The translations under genes and the position numbers were made by a program. DNA of 64,000 bases, from assembly GCA_963662615.2 (NCBI GenBank), contig CAXXSR010000001.1, positions 1,376,001 to 1,440,000 of the forward strand, written 5' to 3'. This DNA is from Dehalococcoidia bacterium. Lineage in GTDB: Bacteria; Chloroflexota; Dehalococcoidia; Bin125. The notes under the pieces were generated by a model. It made no database searches, was not told the DNA's origin, and saw nothing but the letters and a program-made list of their open reading frames with translations. This document shows positions 40,727 to 51,368 of this stretch, in pieces (the stretch's first letter is position 1; every line of letters begins with the position of its first letter).

Positions 40727-41983
40727 TTGAGTATACGCGTCGCTTTGCGGAGGCGGGCGATGGTTCTTGGGCTGCTGTCCTTTGCGGCCCTGGCGGCGGT
40801 TGCGGCCCTATTCGCCCCTGCGAACGCGGACGACGGCGAGAAATCGTACACGATCACGCAGATCCTGGATGCCTCCGGTGATGGGACCCACCCGCTCGAT
40901 TATCCGGCCGACATCGCGGTCGATGGGGACGGGAACGTCTACGTGCCAGGAGGAACGAGCGATAACGTCTTCAAGATCATGCCTTCCGGTGCCATCACGC
41001 AAATCCTCGATGCGAGCGGCGATGGGACCAACGCCCTCGAGGCGCCCGATGGGATCGCGGTCGACAGGCACGGCAACGTGTACGTCACAGGGGGCCTCAG
41101 TCACAACGTATTTCGGATAACGCCAGCGGGGGAAGTGACCGAGATCCTCGACCGCCGCGGCGATGGGACCCACGCACTGGCACTTCCCTCAAGCGTCGTC
41201 ATCGGTCATGACGGCGATGTATACGTAACAGGGCTCGGACACATCAACGTCTTTCGGATTGCGCCCGACGGCGCGATTACTCAGATCCTCGACCGCCACG
41301 GCGACGGCACGCACGAGCTCAGGGATCCCTACGGCATCGCCATCGACGACGACGGTCACGTCTATGTGACCGGGACCAATGCGGGGAAAGTCTTCCGGGT
41401 GGCGCCGGACGGTACGGTCGTGCGGTACCTTGGTGGCATTGGCGACGGCACTCACGTACTCGACGCGCCCCAACAGCTCGCAATCGACGCGAGCGGAAAC
41501 CTGTACGTCACTGACGACACGTCGAACGCCGTGTTCCGCCGCACACCCGGCGGCGCGGTTACCCGAATCCTCGACGCAGGTGGCGACGGCGCCAATCGCC
41601 TTGCGGGACCTTTCGGCGTTGCCGTCGATGTCGCCGAAAATGTCTACGTGACGGGTCACAGAAGCGACAACGTTTTTCGGATCTCGCCGGGCGGCACCGT
41701 CACGCAGATCCTGGGTGCCAGCGGCGACGGGATCCACGCGCTCGAGAACCCATGGAGAATCGCGGTCGATGAGGACGGGCACATCTACGTGACTAGCGTC
41801 ACGAGTGACAACGTCTTTCGGCTCACGCCGACACCCGCCGCCGTGCCCGGCACCGGCAGCGGCAGATTAGCCGATCCCGGCGGATCTTCCGTACCCGCAC
41901 GGGTTTGGGCCCTCATGGCCACGCTCAGCGTTCTCGTGGTCGGCATCGGCATTCGCCTGGCGCGCATCCGCTTGACATCCTGA
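40727..41983 (+). CDS. Secreted 7-bladed NHL beta-propeller with sortase-type C-terminus
   Basis: Signal peptide; seven 47-aa repeats ITQILD..GDG..L..P..IAVD..GNVYV; VPGTG + TM + basic tail. Confidence 0.88.
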   Translation: MSIRVALRRRAMVLGLLSFAALAAVAALFAPANADDGEKSYTITQILDASGDGTHPLDYPADIAVDGDGNVYVPGGTSDNVFKIMPSGAITQILDASGDGTNALEAPDGIAVDRHGNVYVTGGLSHNVFRITPAGEVTEILDRRGDGTHALALPSSVVIGHDGDVYVTGLGHINVFRIAPDGAITQILDRHGDGTHELRDPYGIAIDDDGHVYVTGTNAGKVFRVAPDGTVVRYLGGIGDGTHVLDAPQQLAIDASGNLYVTDDTSNAVFRRTPGGAVTRILDAGGDGANRLAGPFGVAVDVAENVYVTGHRSDNVFRISPGGTVTQILGASGDGIHALENPWRIAVDEDGHIYVTSVTSDNVFRLTPTPAAVPGTGSGRLADPGGSSVPARVWALMATLSVLVVGIGIRLARIRLTS

Positions 41984-42078
41984 TACGAGCCCCGCGCACG
42001 GGAAGCGTCCCGCTCCGCGCGAGACCGCCCCGGTGCTGAACGAGTCCGCCAACCCCAGCCCCCGCAGCCGCCCGACGA

Positions 42079-43788
42079 TTACCTCCGGTACTCCTGCCGG
42101 CGCTGCGCTTGCGCCATCCGGATCTCGGCGTACGGCACTCCGTAGCGGGAGAGCGTGTGGCGGGCGATCTCCAACCCCACCTCCAGATTCGGGTGCACCA
42201 CCTCGGCGGCGCCGGCCGCCAGCAGGCGCCCGTGGCTCATCGCGCCCGCACCGCGCACGACGATTTGCACGCGGGGAAACTCTGCCCTGACCCGGCGGAC
42301 CACGGCCTCCGTCACCACCGGGTCGGGGATGGTCAGCGCCAGAACGCGGGCGTCCCCCAGGCTCGCGCCGTCCAGGGTGGCGGGGTTGGCCAAATCGCCC
42401 CAGATGTAGGGCGTCTCGGTCCCTCCAAGCTCCTCTGGCAGATTCGGGTCGGAGTCCACGATCAGGAAACGGAAGTCGCGGCGTCTCAGCGCCCGAGCCA
42501 GCTCCCGGCCCGTCTCGCCGTAGCCCGCAATGACCGTGTGCTGCCGCAGCGCCGGGCCGGGCAGCTCCGCCTCCGGCTCGAACGTCCAACGGGCGGCGAC
42601 CCTGGGCACTCTCAGGAGAACGCGCTCAATCCGATCGCCGAAACGGATGATGGCCGCCGAAACGCCCATGCTGACCGCGCCCAACGCGATGATGATCGAC
42701 CCGGCCTCCTCAGCCGGGCCCTCCGCCGCGGCTTCCGCGAACAGGAAGGAGAACTCGCCAACCTGCCCCAGGAGAAGTCCCATGCGCAGGGCACGGGAGT
42801 AGTCGAAGTGGGCCCAGCGGGCGAGGGCGAAGATGAGCAGAATCTTCCCCAGCGCTCCCCACGCCAGGATGCTCAGGAAGAGGCCCCATTCGTCCCCGAC
42901 GACCCCCACATCCAGCAGCACGCCGATGCTCACGAAGAACGTGGCGGCGAAGAGATCGCGCAGCGGCACCAGTTCGTGCAACGCACGCGACGCGTACACG
43001 GATTGCGCCGTGACGAGTCCGGCCAGAAACGCGCCGAATGCCAAAGACAGACCGACGGCAAAACTGCCTAAGGCCACTCCGCTCGCGAGCGCGAAGACGC
43101 TCATCAGGAACAGCTCACGAGAACGCACCGCCAGCGCCCGCCGCAGCACCCAAGGCACAATCACCGGCCCCAGCACCAGCACGGCCACGACGAGACCAAC
43201 GCCCTTGGCCGCTGCGATCAGGATCTCTTCCATGAGTTCGGTCCCAGTACCTTCGCCCAATTGTGGAAGCACCACGAGCAGCGGCACCGCCACCAGGTCC
43301 TGGACGAGTGCGACGCCGAGCACCCACCGTCCGTCTGCACGGCGGCGGCTGCCCTCCTCCGAGAGGAGACGGACCAGGAGCGCGGTACTGGAGAAGGCGG
43401 TGGCTCCGGCGACCAGTGTGGCCCCAGCGTCGGACAGTCCAAAGCTACTCGCCACGGCGTACCCCACCAAGCCGAGGACGGCGATCTGGATCGTGGCTGC
43501 GACGAAGAGGCGGTAGCCCAGGCGCCGGAACTGCTCCAGCGGAAACTCCAGGCCAATGGAGAAGAGGAGCAGCGCGACCCCGAGTTCGCCCACGAACGCG
43601 ACGTCGTCAATGTCCGTCACCAGGTTGCTCACCGAGGGCCCGACGATCAGTCCCCCAACGATGTAGCCCACCACCAGGGGCATTCGGATCAGGTGAGCGA
43701 CGTAGCCTCCCACGACCGCAGCGATGACCAGCGCCACCAGGTCGCCGGCGATTTCGGTACTCGAAGCAGCCGCGAAAATGGGATCCAT
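42079..43788 (-). CDS. CPA2 cation:proton antiporter with TrkA-N domain
   Basis: GYIVGG, LLFSIGLE, VQDL, GAFLAG, FFVSIG, QVGEFSF, IAGYG. Confidence 0.92.
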   Translation of the reverse strand: MDPIFAAASSTEIAGDLVALVIAAVVGGYVAHLIRMPLVVGYIVGGLIVGPSVSNLVTDIDDVAFVGELGVALLLFSIGLEFPLEQFRRLGYRLFVAATIQIAVLGLVGYAVASSFGLSDAGATLVAGATAFSSTALLVRLLSEEGSRRRADGRWVLGVALVQDLVAVPLLVVLPQLGEGTGTELMEEILIAAAKGVGLVVAVLVLGPVIVPWVLRRALAVRSRELFLMSVFALASGVALGSFAVGLSLAFGAFLAGLVTAQSVYASRALHELVPLRDLFAATFFVSIGVLLDVGVVGDEWGLFLSILAWGALGKILLIFALARWAHFDYSRALRMGLLLGQVGEFSFLFAEAAAEGPAEEAGSIIIALGAVSMGVSAAIIRFGDRIERVLLRVPRVAARWTFEPEAELPGPALRQHTVIAGYGETGRELARALRRRDFRFLIVDSDPNLPEELGGTETPYIWGDLANPATLDGASLGDARVLALTIPDPVVTEAVVRRVRAEFPRVQIVVRGAGAMSHGRLLAAGAAEVVHPNLEVGLEIARHTLSRYGVPYAEIRMAQAQRRQEYRR

Positions 43789-44150
43789 GAACCGTCAAAC
43801 CCTGCCCCACGAGCGCGCCCACAGACCGCGAACGTGACAACGGCGGCCGCGCATCGGCATGGCATCGCAAGGGACCGCCGGGCAGCGCCGCTTCACCGGA
43901 CACATGCCGCCGCCAAGACGCTCGTGCCATCGAGCGGCTCGGGCCCGCACGAGCGACCAGTGCGCCACCGTGGCCCAGGATAATCGCCGCACCAAGGCGA
44001 GGCCAGGGCAAGAAGATCGGGCCGTCATTGCGCCGCCCCCTACGCCTTGATCCGGGAACGCCCCGCTTCACTCCCCTCAGCGTTTCGCGCGGCCTACCAC
44101 CGCAGCCCCGCAAGCAGCTCCTCCGCCTGATCTTCACCTGCTGCCACCCA

Positions 44151-44231
44151 GCGCTCGCCCTTCGACCCTTCGGCGCGCTCCTTCCCGGGGAGGGAAGGAC
44201 AGGTCGGACAAGGCAGGCTCGGGGCGAACGG
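44151..44231 (-). repeat. Nested REP-like repeat (reverse copy)
   Basis: Reverse complement CCGTTCGCCCCGAGCCTG..ACCTGTCCTTCCCTCCCCGGGAAGG..CCGAAGGGTCGAAGGGCG. Confidence 0.8.
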
Positions 44232-44251
44232 CCGGCGATCGCGCTGCCGGA

Positions 44252-44503
44252 TCATCCAGCTGTGGACGGCGGTGATTGCTCGCTTGAGCGCGCCGCTTTC
44301 AAGGCGCCAACTCTTGCGGCCACATGCGCCCGGTTGGCGCAATCCCACTTGATCATGACGTTGCTCAGGTGACGTTTGACCGTCGTTGCGGACACCGCGA
44401 GCGCCTCCGCGATCTCCGCATTACTGCGGCCCTGCGCTACCAGTTCAGCGACGGTAACCTCGCGAACGCTCAGCTTGCTCCGGTCCCTGGCAGGTTTCTT
44501 CAC
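44252..44503 (-). CDS. Stand-alone LuxR HTH regulator
   Basis: GGAGG RBS plus GTG; LSVRE..VAELVAQGRSNAEIA..L.VS..TVKRHL. Confidence 0.82.
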   Translation of the reverse strand: MKKPARDRSKLSVREVTVAELVAQGRSNAEIAEALAVSATTVKRHLSNVMIKWDCANRAHVAARVGALKAARSSEQSPPSTAG

Positions 44504-44536
44504 CGAATTCCTCCACCCAATGACGTTGTGTGCTTG

Positions 44537-44639
44537 CGCGGTCGTCCAACGCCTCTTCGTCTGGCCCCTCGCCGACGATCTCCAGCAGCTCACCCTCTTC
44601 CGCGAGAAGGTGACCTCGCTCGTCCCGACCACTGCCTAG
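44537..44639 (+). pseudogene. C-terminal remnant of an LLM-class oxidoreductase
   Basis: VQRLFVWPLADDLQQLTLFREKV..* resembles LLM C-termini; no upstream body. Confidence 0.4.
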
Positions 44640-44724
44640 GATGCGTGCCTAGAATGCGCGGGCCCTTGACACGGTGCCCGTCCGCGGCGGCCGGGCGCTC
44701 ATGCAGCTCAACGAAGGCGAATCA

Positions 44725-44827
44725 CTGAACCGCTCCAGCCCCGTCGACTGCGAACGCACCCGCCAGGCCGCCAAGAATGCGGCCTGATCGCTACACGCGA
44801 ACTGTCCGGGAAACCGGGGCAGGCTCA
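44725..44827 (+). mobile_element. IS3-family right-end remnant
   Basis: LNRSSPVDCERT..AA* transposase-like tail, then CTGTCCGGGAAACCGGGGCAGGCTCA ending in CA. Confidence 0.55.
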
Positions 44828-44892
44828 CCCGGGTCTACGGGTGATCCTGTCCCGAGGCGCTCTTCAATCCCCATTCACCTGCGGGCGCCGTC

Positions 44893-45999
44893 CTACTGCA
44901 GCGATGCAACGGCGAAGGTGACAGAGAACGCTTTGCAGTAGATCACGGCGGCGCGGAACCGCGACGCGTCAACGCCCGCCGGAACCTCGTAATTGACAAA
45001 GCCCTGCGTGGCTCTGATCTCCCCGAGGTCGACCGCGCCCTCCGCGTGCACATCGCCGTCTGGATCCGGCGTCAAGTAGACGAAGAGGTCCGGCCCGTTG
45101 CGAACCGCGTAGTCTTGGAAGCGCAGGATCAGGTTGCCGTCAGGGTCGCTCACGAGCAGCACCTCGCCGCTCCCGGTGTGGAACGCATCCGTGCCCATCA
45201 GCTCGCCGCGAGCGATGAGCGTACCGCTGCGAGCGGCCGGCGTATCGGGCGCGGCTGGCTCAACAGTGGTGGCCGCGGCCATCTCGACCGGGGCCGACGA
45301 GACAGCTGCCTCCATCTCGGCCGGCGCAGCCTCGGCTGGCGCGGTGACCTCATCTCTGGGTACAGCTGGCTCAGCCGGCGAGACAGCTGCAGTCACCGAT
45401 TCGGTCTCGCCCATCGCTGCGGCTGGCTCGATCACGTCTGGCTGCACTACACCGGCCACCTCGAAGTCCAGCATCTCGTTGAGCGTCGTGCCCTCATCGA
45501 ACAGCGGGCCCACGAGCCAGATCGATACCAACACCAGGCCGGCCACGGATGCCGCACTGATCACCCCACCGCCCACCCACACGACCGGGAGTCGAATCAC
45601 CTTCTGAACACGCTCCCGCGGGAGGTGTCCCAAGAAGTCGGCGGCAAGAGCGAGTCCCACCAGAACGACTGCTGGCATCAGCAACACGTGGATGAGAAAG
45701 AGGCCACCCGCCAGTGCGGGCGCGGCGACAGCGAAGCGCGCAGGCTGTACGCGTGGCCACAGGGCGCCGACGGCGATGCCGGTGGCGGCCAGAGCACCGA
45801 GCCCTAGCACGACTCGGAGCGTTTCGCCCTCCAGGCCCGTGAAACGAACGGGCCCTTCTCGTAAGAAGTCGGCGGCGACCTGCGAGCTGAGCACGTACGC
45901 GCTTGCGGCCAGGCCGGCGAGAGCGGCTAGCACGAGCAACAGGTGTCGCAGGGCGTCCGCCCGTTGAGGGGTGACGACTAGGTTCGAGTTCATTTCCAT
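44893..45999 (-). CDS. Membrane protein with C-terminal DM13 domain
   Basis: About 4-5 TMs, Ala/Pro/Glu linker, H.GSG...NGPDLFVYL...G..NY.VP...IYCKAFSV.FA. Confidence 0.85.
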   Translation of the reverse strand: MEMNSNLVVTPQRADALRHLLLVLAALAGLAASAYVLSSQVAADFLREGPVRFTGLEGETLRVVLGLGALAATGIAVGALWPRVQPARFAVAAPALAGGLFLIHVLLMPAVVLVGLALAADFLGHLPRERVQKVIRLPVVWVGGGVISAASVAGLVLVSIWLVGPLFDEGTTLNEMLDFEVAGVVQPDVIEPAAAMGETESVTAAVSPAEPAVPRDEVTAPAEAAPAEMEAAVSSAPVEMAAATTVEPAAPDTPAARSGTLIARGELMGTDAFHTGSGEVLLVSDPDGNLILRFQDYAVRNGPDLFVYLTPDPDGDVHAEGAVDLGEIRATQGFVNYEVPAGVDASRFRAAVIYCKAFSVTFAVASLQ

Positions 46000-46241
46000 C
46001 ACTTCCTTCCTTCATGCTTCCCCATTGCGACAAGGCTCAACGCGCCTTGCTGCGTCGGCGCTGTTTGTGGCGCATCCGTGCGCTGGCCACGGACGGCGAA
46101 GAGGAGCGAGAACTTGGGGAGGCCAATCCCCAGACGGTGCGTTATCGCGGGCCGAGCGGCAGCGCTCATCACGGTGATGGACATCGCTGAAGCCTCCCTC
46201 CTCTTGTCTTTACGCCTTGTAAACTACGCGCGACTTTACAT

Positions 46242-47490
46242 TGACCTGCCCCCCCAAAACCGGTCCAGATCCTATGCGAGGATCCGGGCTGGGAGGAGGG
46301 AGTCGGCATGGCGCGGAAGCGGTACACGGCAGAGCAGATCATCGGGAAACTGCGGGAGGCGGAGGTGGCCCTGGCGCAGGGCGAGAGTGTGGCCAAAGTG
46401 GCACGACGGCTCGGCGTCGCCGAGCAGACCTACTACCGCTGGCGGCGGGAGTACGGCGGCCTGCGGCTGGATCAGGCGAAGCGGTTCAAGGAGCTGGAGC
46501 AGGAGAACGCGCGGCTGAAGCGGCTGGTGGCCGATCAGGCGCTGGACCACGCCATCCTCAAAGAGGTGGCGTCGGGAAACTTCTGAGCCCGGCGCGCCGG
46601 CGGCAGGCGGTTGCGCACGTGCGAACCGCGCTGGCCGTCTCGGAGCGTCGGGCCTGCCGGGCCCTCGCCCAGCCGCGCAGCACGCAGCGGCACCCCGTGC
46701 AGGTGCCCGCGGACGAGCCGGCTCTGATCGCCCGGATCATCGCCCTTGCCCGCCGCTTCGGGCGCTACGGCTCCCGGCGCATCACGGCGCTGCTGCGGGC
46801 CGAGGGCTGGCGGGTGAACCACAAGCGGGTGGAGCGGCTCTGGCGGCAGGAAGGGCTGCGGGTGCCCCGGAAAGCCCCGCGCCGGCGGCGGCTTTGGGCG
46901 GCCGATGGATCCTGCACGCGGCGCCGGGCGGAGCGCCCGAACCACGTCTGGTCCTACGACTTCGTCAGCGAGCGGACCCACGACGGCCGGCCCCTGCGCC
47001 TGCTGACCATCGTCGACGAGTACACGCGGGAGTGCCTCAGCATTGACGTGGCCCGGCGCCTGCGGTCCGACGACGTCCTCGCCCGGCTGACGGCGCTCTT
47101 CGTGCAGCGGGGCCCGCCCACCTACGTCCGCTCCGACAACGGCCCCGAGTTCACGGCGACGGCGGTGCGTTCCTGGCTGCGTCGCCTCGGCGTGACGACA
47201 CTCTTCATCGAGCCCGGCAGCCCCTGGGAGAACGGCTATGTGGAATCCTTCAACGGCAAGCTGCGCGACGAGTGCCTCAACCCCGAGATCTTCACCACGC
47301 TCACGGAAGCGCAGATCCTGGTCGATCGCTGGCGCCGGGAGTACAACCAAGTCCGGCCTCACAGCGCCCTCGGCTACCGCCCCCCCGCCCCAGAGACCCT
47401 GGAGGTCGGACCTCCCCACCCCACCCCTTTGGCAGACCGGATGGTTCTGGCACTAACTTAAGCCCTGGTACAACAATCGGGGGCAGGTCA
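46242..47490 (+). mobile_element. IS3-family insertion sequence
   Basis: Inverted repeats TGACCTGCCCCC / GGGGGCAGGTCA; orfA plus orfB; no target duplication. Confidence 0.95.
46308..47461 (+). CDS. IS3 transposase OrfAB (-1 frameshift at G GGA AAC, 46574-46580; orfA 46308-46586)
   Basis: HTH orfA; DDE motifs WSYDF, SDNGPEF, ESFNGKLRDE, RPHSALGY. Confidence 0.93.
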
Positions 47491-48500
47491 GTGGTGGCGT
47501 ACGCGACGATTCCCCCCGCGAGCCCGAACAGGGCCCCTTTGACTAGCACTTCGCGGGCCCACACCCGTCGCGCCGATGCAGGCGTCCCGTCGCTTGCCCG
47601 CAGGAGGTACAGGCCCAGAAGCTGCATCCCCGGAGTCCGCGAGCGGCGGGCGGCGAAGCCGACCCAGGTCAGCCAGACGATCGCCGCACCCCCCAATGCC
47701 AACAGACTACCGGCGAAGATCTCGGCGGCGCCGTCCCGCGAGATGGTGAAGGCGAGACCCAGCAGCGAGAGCATGAAGACCGGCGTCCACCAGAGGAAGA
47801 ACGCATCCAGGACCCCGCCGGCGAGCCGCCGCTTGCGGCTGGGCAGTTCCGCAGCGCAGTCGGAGCCGCCGGCCACCAGGCCGCAGGCGTGGCAGAACCG
47901 CCCTTGATCTCGCAGTGCGCGACATCTGGGGCAGCGCAAGTGCTTGTCGACTGCTTCAGCTCGCCCCGCGCCCCTCTTCGCGACGAACTCCGCTCCGACC
48001 TCCACGCGGCTCTCGCCCGCGGGCGCCGCCCCCCCTAGCGCGACACGGCCGGGCCGAAGCAGTCTCGTTTGCGCGTCGTGCGTCTCGCCGAGAGGAGGAG
48101 TCGATGCGCGACGAGCCACACGATCGGGCCCCGCTGCCACGATCCGGTTAACCGCCCCCAGCAGCTCCACGGGATGGACCGGGCGCAGCAGGAGTTCGCT
48201 CACGCCGATCGCCCTGATCTCGCTCACGATCTTCGGGTCCACCATGTTGGAGTAGACGATGACGCGGCTGCTCGGCAGAAGCTCCGACACCGCACGGACG
48301 GTCTCCAGGGCCGGCGCGGTCGGCTCCTCGACGGCGGCGACGATCAACTCGGGTCGGGTATTCACGGCCAGCGCGCGTGCCTCCCTATCGGAGCCACAGC
48401 TGCCGACCACGGCGACTGGCGCCGGCTCCAGCAGCGCCTCGACCTCCTCGCGCGATTCGACATTCTCGTCGATCAGCATCACCCGCCACATACGTCCCAT
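47491..48500 (-). pseudogene. CpaE/TadZ-like atypical receiver fused to Zn-ribbon-RDD, 3'-truncated by IS3
   Basis: RVMLIDE..LIVAAVEEP (no phospho-Asp); CPRC..CHAC; RRLAGGVLD, TPGMQLLGL; reads into the IS end. Confidence 0.7.
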
Positions 48501-48590
48501 TCTCTGCCTCCCGTCCCTTCAGTGCGGCGGCGCGCCCGCGTTCCGCCGCGCCGCGACCAATGCTGCGGTCGCTCTACTCCACGATCTGAA

Positions 48591-48755
48591 TCACGCCGGC
48601 GACCGCGAACTCGTTCCAATTGACGAGCGCAGCGCCGGACCAGCCAGACTCCAGCACGGCCTGGCCAGGAAGGCGACGATGGCGGGCATTAGGAGCGCAA
48701 CAAGGAGGAGCGTGACGCCGCTCTCACTCCCGTGGAGAATCCGCAGACCGCGCAC
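48591..48755 (-). pseudogene. TadE/TadG prepilin-like N-terminal remnant
   Basis: GAGAGG RBS, GTG; RILHGSESG|VTLLLVALLMPAIVAFLA, then degenerates. Confidence 0.45.
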
Positions 48756-49070
48756 GAACGCCTCTCGCCCTTCCGCCGCCTTAGCGGGAGCGTCCCTGCT
48801 GTCACTGTGTGTGACCGACTGCGTTCCTGCCTCCCAGAGGCTGCCTTGCGCCCGGGAGGTCACGCTGTCGTCGAGCGAGCCGTCCGAGCCTGCTTCCAGC
48901 CTCGAACTGGCCCTCAATAGGAGAAACGACTGGCACGCCATCCTTGTGACGCGCGCCGCCGGAATCCAGGGGGAGAGCGCCTTAGGAACCCGAGAAGGAG
49001 CAGCGCTCCGGCCCTCCCTGGACGGGGGCCATGCTCCGGCATGCTGGAGCAGCTCCTTGGCCCGCTCGAC

Positions 49071-49161
49071 CCCCGCGCGTTCGCTACCATCCCCCTGAAG
49101 CGACGCTGACCGCAGAGCCGATTCGGTGGCATCAATGGCCGGCCCCTTCCCATACATCTCG
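49071..49161 (+). repeat. 91-bp direct repeat, copy 1 (copy 2 at 52632-52722)
   Basis: CCCCGCGCGTTCGCTACCATCCCCCTGAAGCGACGC...CGATTCGG..ATGGC..CCCCTTCC.ATACATCTCG, offset 3561. Confidence 0.9.
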
Positions 49162-49288
49162 GCTGAGCGAGGTCTCGCGATCGAGGCCCCCCCCCGTGAG
49201 GGAGCCGGACCACGGCCCGGCTCCCTCTCAACTCCTCCTCATGCCCCTGCGGCCCGCGGCGAAGCGCCGCCGCCTCCCGTCGCAGCGG

Positions 49289-50098
49289 TTAGGACAAGCT
49301 CTTGCGCCCGAAGACCTTCACGGCCCCAGTCAGCGTCACGACCGCGAACACCGCCAGCACCAGCAGACTCAATCCCGCCATCAGCGGCTCCGAGTCCAGC
49401 CCCCAGATGTCCGCCAGCCCCGCGTCCGATCCCTCCACCAGGCCGTACCGGATCACCGCCAACGCGTGCGTCCACGGCAACACCATTGCGACTTGCTGCA
49501 GCGGCGCCGGCAACACCTCGATTGAGAACAACGAGCCGGCGAAGAACCACGGCACGATCGCCACCGCCGGGATCATCGCGATGTACTCGTCCGCTTTCCC
49601 GATCGCCAGCGCCAGCATCTCCGCCAGCCCGTACGTCACCAGCGACAGCAGCGCGACCCCGCCAAGTAGCCACAGCACCCCCGTCCCCGACGTATCGAAC
49701 TCCGCGCCCCGTGCCGCCGCCGCCAGGAACAGCACAGCCGCTTGCAACAGCGCCAAGGTGAGAATGCTCAATGCGTTGGCCAGCGGAATCGTCGTGCGCG
49801 GGATCGGCGCCGCCAGCAGCTCCTTCGTAATCCCGAACTTCGCATCGGTAATGACGCTGAGCCCGTTGAACATCGACGTCAGCGGGACCAGCAACACCGC
49901 TGCTGCCACCGCCACGTACGTCATGTAGTCAATGTCCGGACTGAATCCGCCCAGCGCCTCGGCCAGGGCGGGCGCCACCACCAGCGCAAAGATGAGGGGC
50001 GCGGTCAGCGGCACAATGACCCCACGCCGCGTCTTGAACGCCAGCGCCAGCCGCCGCTGGTAGAGCGTTGACATGCCCATCGTTGTTGCCTGAATCAT
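49289..50098 (-). CDS. ABC-2 type permease
   Basis: About 6 TMs, ELLAAPIPR, FFAGSLF, LPWTHA; AGGAGG RBS. Confidence 0.88.
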   Translation of the reverse strand: MIQATTMGMSTLYQRRLALAFKTRRGVIVPLTAPLIFALVVAPALAEALGGFSPDIDYMTYVAVAAAVLLVPLTSMFNGLSVITDAKFGITKELLAAPIPRTTIPLANALSILTLALLQAAVLFLAAAARGAEFDTSGTGVLWLLGGVALLSLVTYGLAEMLALAIGKADEYIAMIPAVAIVPWFFAGSLFSIEVLPAPLQQVAMVLPWTHALAVIRYGLVEGSDAGLADIWGLDSEPLMAGLSLLVLAVFAVVTLTGAVKVFGRKSLS

Positions 50099-50108
50099 CA
50101 GGGACCTC

Positions 50109-51164
50109 CTATGCTGCCTTCCCGTTCTCAATGCGACGGCCCGTCACCCGCAGGAAGACGTCGTCCAGGGTGGTACGACGCACGGAGATCCCCTCCACCG
50201 CGATCCCGGCGTCCCGAACCGCCTCCATGACCTGGGCCCCGTTCCCGCCGCCCCTCTTCAGCGGCACCGTCACCGTGTTGCCAATGACGAACGGCTCGCC
50301 GACCGCCAACGGCAGCGCCGCCACCGCACCGACCGCCTCCTCCGCGTCGGCCCGCACGCGCAACTCCAGCACCTCCTCGCCCAACGACGCGATCAGCCGC
50401 TCCGGCGCGTCCAGCGCCACGATCCGCCCCTCATGAACGATGGCGACGCGGTCACAGAGCCGTTCGGCCTCGTCCAGGTAGTGCGTGGTCAGCACGATGC
50501 TCACCGCGTATCGCCGCCGTGTCTCCTGGATCAGATCCCAGAGTCCGTGCCGCGACGCCGGATCCAACCCCACCGTCGGCTCGTCCAGGAACAGCACGTC
50601 GGGCTCGCTGAGCAGCGCCCGCGCGATCTCCAGCCGCCGGCGTTGCCCCCCGCTGTAGGTCCGCACCCCGCGGTCGAGGATGCCCTCCAGGCCGATCGCG
50701 TCCGCAACTTCCGCGATCCGTCGTTCCCCCTCGGCCCGGGTCATTCCCCACAGCCGAGCATGCAGGCGCAGATTCGCGCGCCCCGAAAACTCGTTGTCTA
50801 AGACGCTCTCCTGGTACACGACCCCCATCCTGCGACGGGCGCGCAGCGAATTCGCCCGCACGTCCTCCCCGCCCAGGCAGGCTTCCCCACCCGACGGTCG
50901 CACCGTCGTCGTCAGGATGCCGATGGTCGTGCTCTTGCCGGCGCCGTTCGGCCCCAGCAGCCCGAACAGCTCCCCCTCATGCACGTCGAAGCTGATCCCC
51001 TTCAGCGCCTCAACGCCGCCGGCGTACGTCTTGCGCAGCTCCCGCACTGACACGACCGGCTCGCCAGCCGCGACCGGCGTCCCCTCCCGGCCCTCCGGCT
51101 GCTCGGCCGCCCGTTCGCCGCGGTTCGCGGCTGTGCGCGGACTCTTGAATCGCACCGCTGTCAT
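50109..51164 (-). CDS. ABC exporter ATP-binding protein (DrrA-like)
   Basis: GPNGAGKST, YSGGQRRR, LFLDEPT, TTHYL, TLDDVFL. Confidence 0.93.
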   Translation of the reverse strand: MTAVRFKSPRTAANRGERAAEQPEGREGTPVAAGEPVVSVRELRKTYAGGVEALKGISFDVHEGELFGLLGPNGAGKSTTIGILTTTVRPSGGEACLGGEDVRANSLRARRRMGVVYQESVLDNEFSGRANLRLHARLWGMTRAEGERRIAEVADAIGLEGILDRGVRTYSGGQRRRLEIARALLSEPDVLFLDEPTVGLDPASRHGLWDLIQETRRRYAVSIVLTTHYLDEAERLCDRVAIVHEGRIVALDAPERLIASLGEEVLELRVRADAEEAVGAVAALPLAVGEPFVIGNTVTVPLKRGGGNGAQVMEAVRDAGIAVEGISVRRTTLDDVFLRVTGRRIENGKAA

Positions 51165-51368
51165 CGCATCCCCCTTCCCTGAATCCCGCTGAAGCCCGCA
51201 ACACTCCCTATAGCTCTCCGGTGTTGCGCGCATGCCTCTTACACGCACGGTAAGCAGCGCCCCCGCGCGACGGCTCCCTCGAAGGGTGGAACGCTGGGTG
51301 GAAAAAGGAGGCTGCCGACTCAACCTTTTGGCCGAGTCGCGGCGTTGGAACCGACGCAGCGGCGGGCG

